From Planctomyces sp. SH-PL62 (lineage in GTDB: Bacteria; Planctomycetota; Planctomycetia; Planctomycetales; Planctomycetaceae): 64,000 bases of DNA. Both the position numbers and the translations under genes were made by a program. Each line of letters opens with the position of its first letter. Positions within the stretch are counted from its first letter, which is position 1. The notes beneath the pieces were generated by a model that did not search any database, was not told the origin of the DNA, and saw only the letters and a program-made list of their open reading frames with translations. Of the stretch, positions 1 through 9,732 are shown piece after piece. The stretch lies in NCBI GenBank assembly GCA_945893045.1, contig CAMDEA010000004.1:40717-104716 (forward strand), read 5' to 3'.

Positions 1-3000
1 TGAATCATCTCGTGCTGAACCGTTATCGAACGTCAACGCGACCTGCGCTTGAGCCGTCAGCCGCCGGGACTTTTCGGGATCGTCATGCGCTTCCGTGAGT
101 TCAGCGGCGGTCAGTTCGCGATGGAAGATGCGCACTTCGTCAACGGCTCCGACCAATGGTGACGGGCTTTTGTAATCTCCCACCGAGCCGCCGTTGTCGC
201 CGCCGATCTCCAGAGGTTGCGCGGGATTGGTCGCGATCAACGCCTTGCTTGCGGACTTCGCTTGTAGCTTGCCATTCACATACAGCTTCATCGACTTGTC
301 CGCGCCGAGCACTCCGGCCAGATGACACCAGCCGTTCGGCAGACGAATGTCGGCCGTCGCCGTCGCGAGTTCATTGGCGGCTCGAACATGGAACGACGGT
401 TTGCGTCCTTCAATCGTCAAGGCGTATCCGTTCGTCGGACCACCGTGCGCGACGACAACTCCGGCCGGAGCGTCGGCCTTCACCCAGGCTTCGACGGTCA
501 ATGCCTTCTTGGCGGGATCGAGCGAGTCGGACTTCTCGAACGAGACCGTGAAGGCATCGCCCGCGGCGCGTTTGCCCTTCGCTCCGGGTTTGGCACCGGC
601 TCCAGGAGCCGGCGCGTCTCCGGCGGCATCGCGACTGGCGGAGAAGAGCTGATGTTCGAGCGTCGTGGTCCAGCGGTAGTACTGTGGCTGCCGTGCGTAG
701 CCGAAGACGTCTTTGTCATTGAAGACCATGATGCGGCCGGACGGCGTGTACTTGCCGGCCTGGTAGTAGCCGTTGTGTCCTCCGGCGAAGCTCTTGCCAT
801 AAACCCAATACGAACGATGGAACCAACTGTCGTCGAGGTAGCCCATCGGCGCGAACAAGTGCCGGCCGGGGCCTTTTTGATTTCCCCCTTGTTCCTCCGC
901 GTTTCCCGAGATCGGGCCGATGTCGATGCGTTGTCCCTGCGCGTCAAACTTTTGAGACCGCAGATAAATGAACTCGCTGTCGGACGAGAGGAGGTCGTTC
1001 AAGCCGACCGGCATTTGCAGCGTCTTCAGTCGCACTTGAATATCCTCGCCGGTGACGGGATCACGATCGTCGATGACCGTCTCCGACAACTTCGTGCCGG
1101 TGCGCGGGTCGAGCCGCATGTATCTCATACCTTGATCGAGGAAGCTCGAACGGCCGACGACGAACGTGAGCACATCCTTCTCGACCAGCACCGATCCATG
1201 CACGGGCCAGACCGATTCGATTTGCTCGAACGAACCCAAGCGGCGATCGACCGGAGCGGCTCGATAGCGCCACGCCAGCGCGCCGTCGGACGCGCGCAGG
1301 CAATACACCCAGCCGTCCACCGAGCCGAACAGCAGCCGGCCTTTCCAGTACGTCGGCGGCGAATCGACACGCCCGCCAGCCGTGAATGTCCAACGCGACT
1401 TGCCGTTCGCCACGTCGAGCGCATGCACCGTGTGCTGGTCAATCTGCGCGACGAACACCAGCCGTTCCGCAATCGTGAGGGCGGACAGGCGACCCGGCAG
1501 CTTGATCTCCCAAGCCATGCTCAAGTCTTCGAGCAATTCCTGTCCGGACGAGCCGCTGCGGGCGTTGTCGTGCCGATACGCCGGCCATTCCTCGACCGTC
1601 GCGTCACGCTCTTTGATCGAATCAAACGCCGGACCTTTCTCCAAACGATCGGCCTCGGAGATTTCTTTTGGCAGCCGAGCGGACTTCAGTGGCGGAGCCA
1701 GCGCATTCAACCCGTACAACTTCGCTTCGGGATAGCAGGCGCAGTCGTGCGGCGGAGCGTAGATCAAACCGTTACATGGCATGACTCCGTACAAACAGCC
1801 GCCGCGTACCCAGTGGTTGATGTCCCAGTGCTTGGCATTGAAGTCCACCAACTCGATCCCCGTTCGCGACGGAATCAAGAAGCGATCGGTCGCCTTGGCG
1901 ATGTAGCAGCGATGATGGAACCAGTACGTGTCGATATCGGGAGCAAACTGCGATTTCACTTCGCCCGATTTCGGATCGCGACCGGTGTAGATGCCCGAAT
2001 CACGTCCGCTGGTCGTCGGAGCCACCCACACCAACCCGCCGGTGCAAATCAAATCCTGCGGCGATTGATAGCCGGATGGAGCATGCTCGGATTCCCACAG
2101 CAACTTGCCATCGGCCGCCGAGAACGACTGCATCCGACCATCGCCGCCGGCATGCAGGACGACCTCGCCGTGCAGCACCAGTCGTGGCGCGAAGTGGTAC
2201 GGGAGCGCCTTGCGTCGGGTCGTCGGCTCGCTGGTCCATTGCGGCTTGCCGGTCGCTCGGTCCAGGCTGACGATCTCTTTGCCGTTGGAATAGACCAACC
2301 GTTGGTCGTTCACCGACATCGTCAGCGGCACGATCGTCCCTTCGATCTTCCACATTCGCTTGCCGGTCGCGGCGTCATGCGCCTGAATCTCGCGCGGGCT
2401 TTCGCTCCAGGTGAACTCCCCCGCGACTCGGCCTTGATCGCCGGTGTTGAGCTTCGGCGCGAACTCGTCCAACTCGGACTCCTTCGCATTGACCAGAGTG
2501 AAGAGCACGCCGTTGCTCAGCACGATCTCTTCCGCACCCTTCGTCGATTCGTAGATCAACTCCGTCTGGCCCGTCGCGGCATCGAGCCGGCTGACCGGGT
2601 CTTTGATCCCCGTCGTCACATAGACGTGTTCGTCATCCGCAACCAGCCGGCGAGCCAACTGAGTGGGCCCGCTCTTGAGCGGCCACATTTGATTGTGCCA
2701 CTTGGCAATCGGCCGCTTCCACAGGATCGTGCCGTTGAAGCCGTCGCGCGAGATGAGATGCCACTTCGACGGAAGCTGGATCGAAATCCGCGAGCCTTCA
2801 TCCATGATGTAAGTCATGCGTCCCTTGGCCGAGACCAACGCGCTCATGCTCGCCATGCGATCGTGGTGCCGCGACCAGCGCGGTGAACCGACCCACTGCA
2901 ACCGCTCTGGCGCATCGACCACGCGGTCGTGAGCCACCGGGTTTCCCGTCGAGTCGTGAAAGTAGTGCGTCCAATCGTCGATGTCCTGCGGCCACGGCTT

Positions 3001-3441
3001 GACGAGCTTGGTCCATGCGCCGTTCTGCTGGAGATAACCGACCCCATTCGGGCAGAGCACCCGCAACACTTCGTCCGTCGAGACACCCAGCGACTCTTCC
3101 GCAACCACCAGATTCACGAAGTTGTCGATGTACGGCAGCGACGTGCCACTGAGCCGATCGACCGAGACCGGTCCATAAACTCCCTTCGCCCGCAGATTGC
3201 GGCGAGCCTTCGCCACGTCCTCCGCATCCGGATCAAGTCCTTGCACCTGATAGCTGTCGCTCACCCGCAGTGCGGCGGTGAGTTCTCCGTCGCCGCTTCC
3301 CAAATGGACGACGATCCCTCCTTTGATCCCCGTCGCCTTGAGAATCTCCGCCGCTCGTTCCTTGGGAGCGACCGTCTCTTGAGCCACCGCGACGGCCCCG
3401 AACACGATCCAGCAACCGATCGAGCATTTCCAAATCGTCAT
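1..3441 (-). CDS. Secreted protein: SAM-methyltransferase-like domain, PQQ-type beta-propeller repeats and a LamG domain (3' end runs off the window)
   Basis: Absent from the ORF track because it has no stop in the window. Hand translation of both ends gives ATG 3441 with GAGGT RBS, MTIWKCSIGCWIVFGAVAVAQE, VVHLGSGDG, WTHYFHDSTGN, and at the far end LTVEAWV..WCHLAGV..LYVNG..DEVRIF (LamG) in the same frame through base 1. Confidence 0.85.
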   Translation of the reverse strand, partial: MTIWKCSIGCWIVFGAVAVAQETVAPKERAAEILKATGIKGGIVVHLGSGDGELTAALRVSDSYQVQGLDPDAEDVAKARRNLRAKGVYGPVSVDRLSGTSLPYIDNFVNLVVAEESLGVSTDEVLRVLCPNGVGYLQQNGAWTKLVKPWPQDIDDWTHYFHDSTGNPVAHDRVVDAPERLQWVGSPRWSRHHDRMASMSALVSAKGRMTYIMDEGSRISIQLPSKWHLISRDGFNGTILWKRPIAKWHNQMWPLKSGPTQLARRLVADDEHVYVTTGIKDPVSRLDAATGQTELIYESTKGAEEIVLSNGVLFTLVNAKESELDEFAPKLNTGDQGRVAGEFTWSESPREIQAHDAATGKRMWKIEGTIVPLTMSVNDQRLVYSNGKEIVSLDRATGKPQWTSEPTTRRKALPYHFAPRLVLHGEVVLHAGGDGRMQSFSAADGKLLWESEHAPSGYQSPQDLICTGGLVWVAPTTSGRDSGIYTGRDPKSGEVKSQFAPDIDTYWFHHRCYIAKATDRFLIPSRTGIELVDFNAKHWDINHWVRGGCLYGVMPCNGLIYAPPHDCACYPEAKLYGLNALAPPLKSARLPKEISEADRLEKGPAFDSIKERDATVEEWPAYRHDNARSGSSGQELLEDLSMAWEIKLPGRLSALTIAERLVFVAQIDQHTVHALDVANGKSRWTFTAGGRVDSPPTYWKGRLLFGSVDGWVYCLRASDGALAWRYRAAPVDRRLGSFEQIESVWPVHGSVLVEKDVLTFVVGRSSFLDQGMRYMRLDPRTGTKLSETVIDDRDPVTGEDIQVRLKTLQMPVGLNDLLSSDSEFIYLRSQKFDAQGQRIDIGPISGNAEEQGGNQKGPGRHLFAPMGYLDDSWFHRSYWVYGKSFAGGHNGYYQAGKYTPSGRIMVFNDKDVFGYARQPQYYRWTTTLEHQLFSASRDAAGDAPAPGAGAKPGAKGKRAAGDAFTVSFEKSDSLDPAKKALTVEAWVKADAPAGVVVAHGGPTNGYALTIEGRKPSFHVRAANELATATADIRLPNGWCHLAGVLGADKSMKLYVNGKLQAKSASKALIATNPAQPLEIGGDNGGSVGDYKSPSPLVGAVDEVRIFHRELTAAELTEAHDDPEKSRRLTAQAQVALTFDNGSARDDS

Positions 3442-3613
3442 CGCCGACCTCAATCATTCGAGTGCAGAAAGGAACAGGTTCGGACACCTCTGACTCGCAA
3501 CAGCGTATCCCGTCTCCGCGTGATCTTGAACCGTGCTGGGAATTCCCAAGCGACTCTTCGGGATCGCATGGCGGCGCGGGATATTGACGGCCAAAACTTC
3601 CACCTACTGCTCG

Positions 3614-3797
3614 CGTCGATCGCATCGACGGCTGGCCAATTCGTCAATCTACGGAAGCTGTAGCCCGACCCCTTGTGGGTCGGTCGATTCGACATGTCTC
3701 GGAGAATTCACACGATTCTGAATCCTCCGACCCACAAGGGGTCGAGCTACAGTTTGCCTAACGCGACGAATTAGCCAGCCGTGCGATCGCATCGACG
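3614..3797. repeat. Nested palindrome: GTAG-type REP doublet (3658-3752) inside an outer imperfect inverted repeat
   Basis: Inner arms ctgtagcccgaccccttgtgggtcgg / ccgacccacaaggggtcgagctacag; outer arms include acggctggccaattcgtc / gacgaattagccagccgt. Confidence 0.85.
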
Positions 3798-3901
3798 GTA
3801 CTCGTGAAGCCTCTGCGGCAGTATGCTGAACTGCGATCCTGAAGCGAATTGTCTGGCCGAAAGGCCGCTCTTGATTGGCGATTCTTCAACTGCGAGGACG
3901 A

Positions 3902-6900
3902 ATGATGCGACAACTTTCGACGGCTCACTTTTGCGGTCTGGTTTTGAGCGGGATGTTGTGGGGAGCGATCTCCGGCGGTGTCTCCGTCGCGGCGGATTGG
4001 CCCACCTATCGCGGCGACAACGCTCGCGGCGGTGCGTCGGCGGAGACCGTTCGAGTTCCGTTGCAGCCGCGCTGGATCGCGAGCGCTCCCGGCGTTCCGC
4101 GAATCTCGTTTTCGAGTGCCGAGGGGCGAGTCATCGAAGGGTTTTTGCTGGGACACCGTGCTAAGTACGATGACGCCATCCATCCGGTCGTTGTCGGCCA
4201 GCAAGTTTTCTTCGGGTCATCGGTCGATCATCAGTTGCACTGCGTCGATCTGTTGACCGGCGCGGAACAGTGGACGTTCTACAGCGGCGGGCCGATCCGG
4301 CTCGCGCCGACGGTGAATGGCGGCCGCGTTTATTTCGGTTCCGATGACGGGTTCGTTTATTGTCTCGCCGTTGCCGATGGCCGGCTGCTGTGGAAGCTGC
4401 GGGGCGGCCCGGCGGACGAGTGGTTGCTGGCGCGCGGCGAGATGGTGTCGCGCTGGCCGGTTCGTACCGGCGTGCTGGTGGATGAAGGAGTCGCGTACTT
4501 CGGCGCGGGAATCTTTCCGCACGACAATGTCTTCCTGACCGCGGTGAATGCGGCCGACGGTTCGATCGTCTGGAAGCAGGACAACATCAGTTCGCTCGAC
4601 GCCGGGCGAAACGATTTGTCGCCGCAGGGATACCTGCTCGCGAGCGACAATCTGCTGGTCGTTCCCTCGGGGCGATCGCTGCCGGCGGTGTTCGATCGCG
4701 CGACCGGACGCTTGCTGCACAAGCGCGAATTCGGTTTTCGTTCGACAGCCGGAGGCGTCGTCGGCAGCGTGCAAGCGTTGCTCGCCGACGGGCAAATCTA
4801 TTCGGCCGGGCCGCATCATCTGCTGGCCATGGAACAGAAGACCGGCGACGTCGGTTTTGGCTGGATCGCCGGGCGGCAGATGTCTGTCAGCGGTGACGCG
4901 GCCTACGTCGCCACCGGTGATGTTGTCGCGCGGCTGAATCGGTTGGAGTACGCGACCAACAGCCGCCGCCGGCATCAACTGGAATTGGACATTACGAGCT
5001 TCAACAACCAAATTCGTGCTGCCACCGCCGTCCCCGACAAGGCAGTCGAGATTCGCAAGAAGATCAGCGAGGCTCAAGCGGAACTCAAACGCATCGCCGA
5101 TGTCGGCATCGTCTGGCAGACAAAGTCGACGGACGATTCCGCGCTGCTCGCGGCCGGCGATCTCGTGTTTCTCGGAGGCCAGGGGCGCGTCGCGGCTTAC
5201 TCGGCGAAGTCCGGTGAAAATGTCTGGCAAAGTCACGTCGACGGAGAAGCGCGCGGCTTGGTGATTGCCAACGGACATCTGCTGGTCAGCACGAACACCG
5301 GGCACATCTACAACTTCGCGTCCGCCGAACTCAAGCTGGCCGCGGTGCCACCCGCCGCGAAGCCGATCGACAATCCATTTCCTGATGACAACCTGACCGC
5401 GATGTATCGGCAGGCGGCTGAGGAAATCCTCAAACGCTCCGGCGCGAAAAAAGGCTTTGGCCTGATCGTCGGCAACGAACAAGGGAGGTTGGCTTACGAA
5501 CTGGCGAAGCGCAGCGAACTGAAAATCTACGCCGTCGAAGCGGACGCGAAGAACGTGGCGGCTGCACGGGCCAGCCTGTCGCGAGCCGGACTCTATGGCA
5601 CGCGGATCGTCGTCCATCAGGCCGATCCCGCGAACGTGCCGTACTCGAACTACTTCGCCAACGTCATCGCGTCCGACTCGCTGTTGAGAAACGGTGCGCT
5701 GGTTGGCGATCCGCAAAAGCTCGCGCGGCATTTGAAACCGTTGGGGGGCGCGATCGTGCTGGGCCAACCGGCAGGAGCATCCGGAAAGTCCATCGAGATC
5801 GCCGACGTCACGGCTTGGCTGCAACGAACCGAGCTGGGCGAACATGCTCAACTCAAAGCCGCTGATGGCTGGGCCACGCTGGTGCGCGGTGCGTTGCCGG
5901 GAGCTGGCAACTGGTCGCATCAATATGGCAATGCGGCCAACACGGCGGTCAGTCTCGACAAGCGCGTGAAGGGCGATCTCGGCGTCCTGTGGTTCGGCGA
6001 TCCCGGACCCGGTGACATGGTCAATCGCCATGAAGGGGCGGTCGGCCCGCTCGCGACCGGCGGCCGATTGTTCGTCCAGGGCGAGGACACGATCCAAGCT
6101 TACGACGCTTACAACGGCACGTTCCTGTGGAAGTACGAAAACCCGAAAGCGCTCCGCACGGGCGTCTTTCAAAATCAAAACCCCGGCAACCTCGCGGCGT
6201 CCGACAATCGACTGTTCCATTTCGTGAAAGACCAGCTCATCGAACTCGATGCCGCCACCGGCGAGACCAAACGCATCCACCGTCTGCCGCCCGACAAGGA
6301 CAACGGCAACTACGAATGGGGCTATGTGGCCACAGAGAACGGCTTGCTGTTCGGCACGGCCACCATCCGCAAGGAATTGGAAGCGAAGCTGAAGCGGCGC
6401 GGGCTGAAGACCGATGACGCAACCGATGGCATCTTCGCCATCGACATCGAAACCGGGAAACACCTTTGGACTTACAACGGGGCGAGCATCTCGCATCACA
6501 CCATCGCCATCAGTCCGGAGAACGTCTATTTCATCGACAGCTCGATCACTCCCGAACAACGCGCGGAGCTGCTGCGAGCGGACAAGACCGAGCTGGCTAA
6601 ACTGACCGGCAAGGAACTTGAGATCGCGGAAGATCGCGCCAAGAAAGCCGACCTCCGTCGAGCCGTCGCGTTGAACGCTCGCACTGGCAAGCTGCTGTGG
6701 GCCAATCCGGTGGACGTGACCGATTGCAGCGACATCGGCATCGGCGGCGGCAAGCTCACGCTGATGGTTCACGACAACGTCCTGCTCCTTGGCGGAGCCA
6801 ACGCCAACGGCCACTATTGGAAACAGTTCGTCGCCGGCGAGTTCTCGCGACGCCGGCTGGTCGCGCTCTCCGCGCTGCACGGCTACAAGCTGTGGGCGAA

Positions 6901-7888
6901 GGACGCCAATTATCGGCACCGTCCCATCATCGTTGGCAGCCAGGTCATTGCCGAGCCTTGGTCGTTCGACCTCGGCAGCGGCGAACAGAAGACGCGGCAG
7001 CATCCGCTGACCGGCGCGGCAGAGCCTTGGAGCATCATGCGGACCGGGCATCACTGCGGCATGTTGACCGGTTGCGAATCGGGCATGTTGATGTTTCGCT
7101 CCGGAGCGACTGGTTTCTACGACCTCGATTCCGATCAAGGGACGCGACACTTCGCCGGTCATCGCCTCGGCTGTTGGATCAACGCCATCCCGGCCGGCGG
7201 CCTGGTGATGATCCCCGAAGCCAGCGCCGGCTGCGTCTGCCTGTTCTCGATTGCCTCAACCATCGTCATGGAACCGCGCGAGACGCGCCGCCCCTGGACG
7301 ATCGTCAGCGCGGTCGGTGCGCAGACTCCCGTGCAGTCGATGGCCCTCAACCTCGGCGCTCCCGGTGATCGCAAAGATGCGGACGGCAAAACGTGGCTCT
7401 CGTACCCGCGACACAAGGCGTATCAGGAAACGTCGCTCGACATCAAACTGGATCTCAAACCCAAATTCAAAACCGGGGGCCAATTCACCAGCGTCAGCGA
7501 ATCGCTGCAGCCGATTGACGGGACCGAGTCGCCTTGGCTCTATACGTCCTGGGCCGAAGACGTGGAACAACTCACGCTGCCACTCCTCGGCCCGAAGGAC
7601 CAGCCAGCCACCTACACCGTGCGGCTGCACTTCGCGCGACTTGGCACGAGCGACCGCGAACCGATCGTCTTCGATGTCCAATTGCAGGGAAAAACGGCGG
7701 TGGAGAATTTGACGTTGCCGATCGTCCTCGCTTCGTCCGCGGGAGATGCGGACGGGCACGCGACAGCGATCGTCCGCGTTGTCGAGAATGTACAAGTGAC
7801 CGACAACCTGGTTGTGAACTTCGTCGCCAAACAAGGCAAAGCTCGGTTGAGCGCGATTGAGGTTGTGAGAAACGAAGCCGGACGATGA
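3902..7888 (+). CDS. Secreted PQQ-type beta-propeller, degenerate methyltransferase-like, second propeller and malectin-like protein
   Basis: GAGGA RBS before ATG 3902; signal peptide ending VSVAADWPTYRGDNARGG; propeller repeats; IYAVEADAKNVAAAR and PYSNYFANVI; C-terminal YTVRLHFA..FDVQLQGK..LSAIEV. Confidence 0.85.
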   Translation: MMRQLSTAHFCGLVLSGMLWGAISGGVSVAADWPTYRGDNARGGASAETVRVPLQPRWIASAPGVPRISFSSAEGRVIEGFLLGHRAKYDDAIHPVVVGQQVFFGSSVDHQLHCVDLLTGAEQWTFYSGGPIRLAPTVNGGRVYFGSDDGFVYCLAVADGRLLWKLRGGPADEWLLARGEMVSRWPVRTGVLVDEGVAYFGAGIFPHDNVFLTAVNAADGSIVWKQDNISSLDAGRNDLSPQGYLLASDNLLVVPSGRSLPAVFDRATGRLLHKREFGFRSTAGGVVGSVQALLADGQIYSAGPHHLLAMEQKTGDVGFGWIAGRQMSVSGDAAYVATGDVVARLNRLEYATNSRRRHQLELDITSFNNQIRAATAVPDKAVEIRKKISEAQAELKRIADVGIVWQTKSTDDSALLAAGDLVFLGGQGRVAAYSAKSGENVWQSHVDGEARGLVIANGHLLVSTNTGHIYNFASAELKLAAVPPAAKPIDNPFPDDNLTAMYRQAAEEILKRSGAKKGFGLIVGNEQGRLAYELAKRSELKIYAVEADAKNVAAARASLSRAGLYGTRIVVHQADPANVPYSNYFANVIASDSLLRNGALVGDPQKLARHLKPLGGAIVLGQPAGASGKSIEIADVTAWLQRTELGEHAQLKAADGWATLVRGALPGAGNWSHQYGNAANTAVSLDKRVKGDLGVLWFGDPGPGDMVNRHEGAVGPLATGGRLFVQGEDTIQAYDAYNGTFLWKYENPKALRTGVFQNQNPGNLAASDNRLFHFVKDQLIELDAATGETKRIHRLPPDKDNGNYEWGYVATENGLLFGTATIRKELEAKLKRRGLKTDDATDGIFAIDIETGKHLWTYNGASISHHTIAISPENVYFIDSSITPEQRAELLRADKTELAKLTGKELEIAEDRAKKADLRRAVALNARTGKLLWANPVDVTDCSDIGIGGGKLTLMVHDNVLLLGGANANGHYWKQFVAGEFSRRRLVALSALHGYKLWAKDANYRHRPIIVGSQVIAEPWSFDLGSGEQKTRQHPLTGAAEPWSIMRTGHHCGMLTGCESGMLMFRSGATGFYDLDSDQGTRHFAGHRLGCWINAIPAGGLVMIPEASAGCVCLFSIASTIVMEPRETRRPWTIVSAVGAQTPVQSMALNLGAPGDRKDADGKTWLSYPRHKAYQETSLDIKLDLKPKFKTGGQFTSVSESLQPIDGTESPWLYTSWAEDVEQLTLPLLGPKDQPATYTVRLHFARLGTSDREPIVFDVQLQGKTAVENLTLPIVLASSAGDADGHATAIVRVVENVQVTDNLVVNFVAKQGKARLSAIEVVRNEAGR

Positions 7889-7929
7889 TGAACCTGACAA
7901 TGACTCGAAATGGCGCGGCGCATTGATCG

Positions 7930-8106
7930 GTGGCCGTCCGCCCGTGCTCGATCAGATCGCCGCCACGCCTTCGGTTAGCGCGGGAAGCCTTCATTGCAGG
8001 GCGATGGCTTGCTGCTGAACTCCACGACAACTCGCACGACGCCTGCAACGGAGGCAAACCCAAGACGGATGAACCGGCATCGAAGAAGAAGGGGAAAAAG
8101 TCATGA
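7930..8106 (+). pseudogene. Probable decayed remnant of a sulfatase-like gene
   Basis: 7932-7967 encodes GRP-PVLDQIAAT versus GHPHVKTPVLDEIAAT in the neighbouring sulfatase; a second frame ends PASKKKGKKS-stop with ATGA overlap onto the sulfatase start. Confidence 0.45.
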
Positions 8107-9602
8107 CTACGAAGATCGCCTCACTCTGCCTCCTCCTTTGGATTCTTTGTCCTTCGCTCGTCGCCGCGAAGAGTCCGAACATCATCCTCCTCATGGGAGA
8201 TGACCACGGCTGGGAGGAGACCGGGTACAACGGCCATCCGCATGTGAAGACACCGGTCCTCGACGAGATCGCCGCGACCGGATTGCGGTTCAATCATTTC
8301 TACGCGGCGCATCCCAGTTGCTCCCCCACGCGAGCCAGCTTCTTGACCGGTCGCCATCCCAACCGCATGGGCACGTTCGCGCCCGGCTGGTCGCTGCGGC
8401 CGCAAGAGATCACGATCGCGCAGATTCTCCGCAAGTCCGGCTACCACTGCGGTCACTTCGGCAAATGGCATGTCGGCCCGGTCAAGGCTGGCTCGCCCAC
8501 CAGCCCCGGCGCGATGGGCTTTCACGATTGGGTCTCGCACGACAATTTCTTTGAGCTGAATCCGTCGTTGTCGCGCAATGGCGGGCCGCCTGAAGTTTTC
8601 CAAGGCGAAAGCTCCGAGATCGTCGTGAATGAAGCGATCCGCTTCATCGACAGCGCCCGACAAGCAGGCAAACCCTTCTTCACGATCGTGTGGTTCGGCT
8701 CGCCGCATGAGCCGTATAGCGGCCTGCCCGCCGATCTCACGCTCTACGATGACTTGCCCGCAAAGTACTCGAAGATGGTCCGCCTCACGTCCAATGAAAC
8801 GGGTGGTCCGGTGACTCGGCCGCAAGGCGAAGTGTTGCGCGAGCGTTACGCGGAGATCACGGCGATGGATCGCGCGATCGGCCTGTTGCGAAAGCACCTC
8901 GCCGCGCAAGGTCTCCGCCAGGACACGCTGCTGTTTTACTGTGGTGATAACGGCACCTCCGCCGACGCCGCGCTCGGCCTGCCGCATCGCGGAGTCAAAG
9001 GCCAGGTCTATGAGGGAGGCACGCTCGTCCCCGGTCTCATCGAGTGGCCGGAGCGCATTCCCAAGCCGCGCACCACCAGCGTCCGCGCGAGCACCAGCGA
9101 CTTGCTCCCCACGCTCAGCGCGCTCGTCGGCCAGCCAGTGCCGGATCGTCCGCTCGACGGCATGGATCTGACCCCCGTGCTGGATGACAAAATGACCGAG
9201 CGCCCCAGCCCGCTCTTTTTCTGGGAATACAACACCGCGCGACTCGCACGCGCGAAGCCCAATCCCTGGATCGATCCTGAGCTGCAAAAGGGGACCACCC
9301 CGCTCGTCAAGTTGATGGGCGGCAAAGCCACGCGCGACTTCACCAACTACCGCCATCCCGCCATCACAGAGGACGACAACTTCGGCCCCCGCGCCATCAT
9401 CGAGGGCAAGTTCAAGCTCGTCATCCATGAGCAGAAAGCCGATGCGCCCAAACGCGAGCTCTTCGATCTCGCAGCCGATCCTGCGGAAAAGGCCAACCTC
9501 ATCGAGCAACAACCCGCCCTCGCTCAAAAACTCCAAACCCGACTCACCCAATGGCAGCAGTCCGTCCTGCGCAGCCTCACCGGTGCGGATTACGAACACT
9601 GA
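8103..9602 (+). CDS. Formylglycine-dependent (Cys-type) sulfatase, secreted
   Basis: PNIILLMGDD, CSPTRASFLTG, GKWH, GDNG, ELFDLAADPAE motifs; signal peptide. Confidence 0.95.
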   Translation: MTTKIASLCLLLWILCPSLVAAKSPNIILLMGDDHGWEETGYNGHPHVKTPVLDEIAATGLRFNHFYAAHPSCSPTRASFLTGRHPNRMGTFAPGWSLRPQEITIAQILRKSGYHCGHFGKWHVGPVKAGSPTSPGAMGFHDWVSHDNFFELNPSLSRNGGPPEVFQGESSEIVVNEAIRFIDSARQAGKPFFTIVWFGSPHEPYSGLPADLTLYDDLPAKYSKMVRLTSNETGGPVTRPQGEVLRERYAEITAMDRAIGLLRKHLAAQGLRQDTLLFYCGDNGTSADAALGLPHRGVKGQVYEGGTLVPGLIEWPERIPKPRTTSVRASTSDLLPTLSALVGQPVPDRPLDGMDLTPVLDDKMTERPSPLFFWEYNTARLARAKPNPWIDPELQKGTTPLVKLMGGKATRDFTNYRHPAITEDDNFGPRAIIEGKFKLVIHEQKADAPKRELFDLAADPAEKANLIEQQPALAQKLQTRLTQWQQSVLRSLTGADYEH

Positions 9603-9732
9603 ACCGACTCAGGAAAACACCGATCGCCAGAAGAACGACTCGACGTGACGGCGACTGAAAACAGCGACCATCAACCCCAGGTGCCAGCGCGAAGCGGTCA
9701 TGGAGGAACTTGCCGATATCGATTGGAATGAA

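Noticed and set aside
322..2886. 854-aa plus-strand ORF
   Set aside because: Antisense shadow of the real minus-strand gene 1-3441; Arg-rich with no recognisable motifs.
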